Shown here in pieces: positions 46,630 to 48,447 of a DNA stretch of 48,447 bases. Within the stretch, counting starts at the first letter, position 1; each line of letters opens with the position of its first letter. The notes under the pieces were generated by a model that was given only the letters and a program-made list of their open reading frames with translations, did no database searches and was not told the DNA's origin. The DNA is from Asterionella formosa. Its lineage: Eukaryota. A program made the translations under genes and the position numbers. Location of the stretch: positions 1 through 48,447 of the forward strand of contig NKIB01014012.1 in NCBI GenBank assembly GCA_002256025.1. The letters are read 5' to 3'.

Positions 46630-48289
46630 CTACGTTGAACTGTTTCCAGAATCATAGTCGTCCTCGTCCCCTTCCTTATTTAACAGCGGCAAGACTGAAT
46701 TCACCTTCTCTTCCAAAGCTGACGATCCAGACTCTGCCCGTACTTCACATTGTACACCGACCTGGCAAAGAAGGAGCAAGAGTCGGATTAGTTAAGAATA
46801 GCCATACAGGTGAAGATTTACCAGAAAGCGACTTACATAGTTGACGATACAATTGTCAGAATCACGAAGAGCAGCTACGAAGAACTGGTTCCAGAATGGT
46901 GAACCATCAGACTTGTAATTTAAGATACAGGTTGTCGCATCTGATCCATTTGCTACAGCTGTGCGTATAATATCGACAGATCTCGGATCAGTCCCCGGAC
47001 CCTGCAAGAATCGACAATTGCGTCCCAACACTTGTGCTTGAGTGTACCCCGTCAAAACATAAAACCCAGGGCTTGCATACACAATAGGATTGTCAGGGAG
47101 ACGAGGATCAGACAAAACAAAGTTCTGCTGGCCTGTTGTCAAACTCGCAATTAGACTAAAATCAGATTTTTCCAATCGTTCCTCTCGTCTCTTGCCCTTC
47201 GAATCGCCATCGATCGGACCAAGCAAATCTAGATCGGGGTCCGAGAATAGTGGGTTCTTGCTGCAACACTCAGCTAAAATCTGCTGCGCATCGTCTGGAA
47301 TCTTTTCTTGAATCAACATTCGCAAGTCAACGTTTTCCTTTTGAAGTCCTCTCACTTGCTCTTGAAGTGATTCCAGCATAAATTTCTTACGTACTCGGCT
47401 TCGCTTGGCGTGCTCCCGGTTTCTTTGACGTCGTTCGGCTACTGCTTGCTCTGACATGTTCACACCAGGTGGTTGACCACCCCACATCATATATTGCCCT
47501 GCCCCTGGGCGAACCGCAGACTGGGCCATGGCAGGTGCTACACCGCCGATACCTCCCAGTCGAATACCTACTCCAACTGGAAGAGCTACCCCTGTGATCG
47601 ACGTCGCTACGGGTGCCGCAACTTCTGAAGGCGCTTGCGGCGGAGCAACTGGTGCCATTCCTTGTCGCGGGAGTGCTAATTGGCCACCAACCATAGTAAA
47701 TCCCAAGCGACTAGAGAGTCCTTTGGTTCCAGGTCCATTTATAGGGACGACAGTTCCCGATTCTTTCATTTTCTTTGTCTCTGGCTCTCCTACTGTAACA
47801 GATTGCACTCTCCTTTGCCCCACTCCTGCGTGATAGGCTGTTTTAATTCCTCCGGTCGGTAAGGCAGTGGCGCGACCTCCCCGGTGAACTTCCTGGGCCA
47901 AATCAACTTGTTGTTGCTTCTGCGCCAGAGCAACTGCAGCGGCTGCCCCGCTGTAGTTTGCCATGGAACTAGTGTATGCATTAAGTGGGTCGTCAAATTC
48001 ACTTATGAAATAATCGGCAAAGATTTCGTTCAAATCAATGTCGTCACCAAGCATCTTGATCAATGGAAAAATCGGAATGGGTAAGTTTCAAAACTAAAAT
48101 ACAATCTATAAAGGTGTACAAAACTTCTACTCACATGCGCCTGGCTCGTTGGAGCAAAGAGGGGCTGTTGAATGCCATTTCGCAAAGCTGGAAGTCCAAA
48201 AGTCAATGTTAGCATGCCACATTCCGAAGGAACAGTCCCACGAGATATAAATTCAGAAAAAGAATTAAGTACTTACAATTCCCTGCCAT
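46630..48289 (-). CDS. AUREO: Aureochrome blue-light receptor/transcription factor (bZIP + LOV), probably AUREO1b-like
   Basis: Proposed exons 48289-48277, 48187-48135, 48054-46837, 46761-46630 (all GT-AG, phases consistent). bZIP ERRQRNREHAKRSRVRKK; LOV GRNCRFLQG, LNY, FWN, and VGVQ completed by the last exon. The paralog assignment is tentative. Confidence 0.95.
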
Positions 48290-48447
48290 TGTTCAACTGG
48301 CTTAAATACAACGCAGTCGTTGCCACGATGGATATTGGTGCGTGGATTGATGATTGTAACGTCGATATTGTGAGGCTTCCTTGAACGAGCCTTTTGACGC
48401 AGCGAGAAAATCTTGAGGTTTATATTCGAATCGTCTCGGCGATGATG

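Noticed and set aside
1146..47862. Numerous antisense or alternate-frame ORFs inside real genes
   Set aside because: Shadow ORFs with no recognisable motifs, many starting at non-ATG codons.

Overview
Eukaryotic nuclear DNA from a diatom or close photosynthetic stramenopile. The evidence is an aureochrome bZIP-LOV gene, diatom-type DUF6824 and Myb-like proteins, and 75-120 nt GT-AG introns. Two compact gene-rich blocks flank an AT-rich transposon-remnant region of about 18 kb (16.9-34.8 kb). The left block (0.6-16.6 kb) holds PECT/ECT1, a Myb-like TF, a CDIN1-like nuclease, CTF18, BMT2, a GT-like protein and a DUF6824 protein. The right block (35.3-48.3 kb) holds a MAPR cytochrome b5, a HAD hydrolase, NOG1, GFM2, PAC4, MED6 and the aureochrome. 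RRP41 is the only intact gene recognised in the middle region. That region contains a copia remnant, a TTAA-flanked Kolobok-like element with perfect TIRs, a nested unclassified TIR family (element B, two copies plus a duplicated end), Plavaka-like transposase debris, a DD39D mariner and a gypsy integrase. A degenerate PIF/Harbinger element lies at about 5.1-7.0 kb. The most striking unexplained signal is a set of dense clusters of interlocking GGTACC / ACC(W)GGT palindromes found almost only in 5' (promoter-side) intergenic DNA. All family assignments come from motif recognition by eye; no database searches were run.
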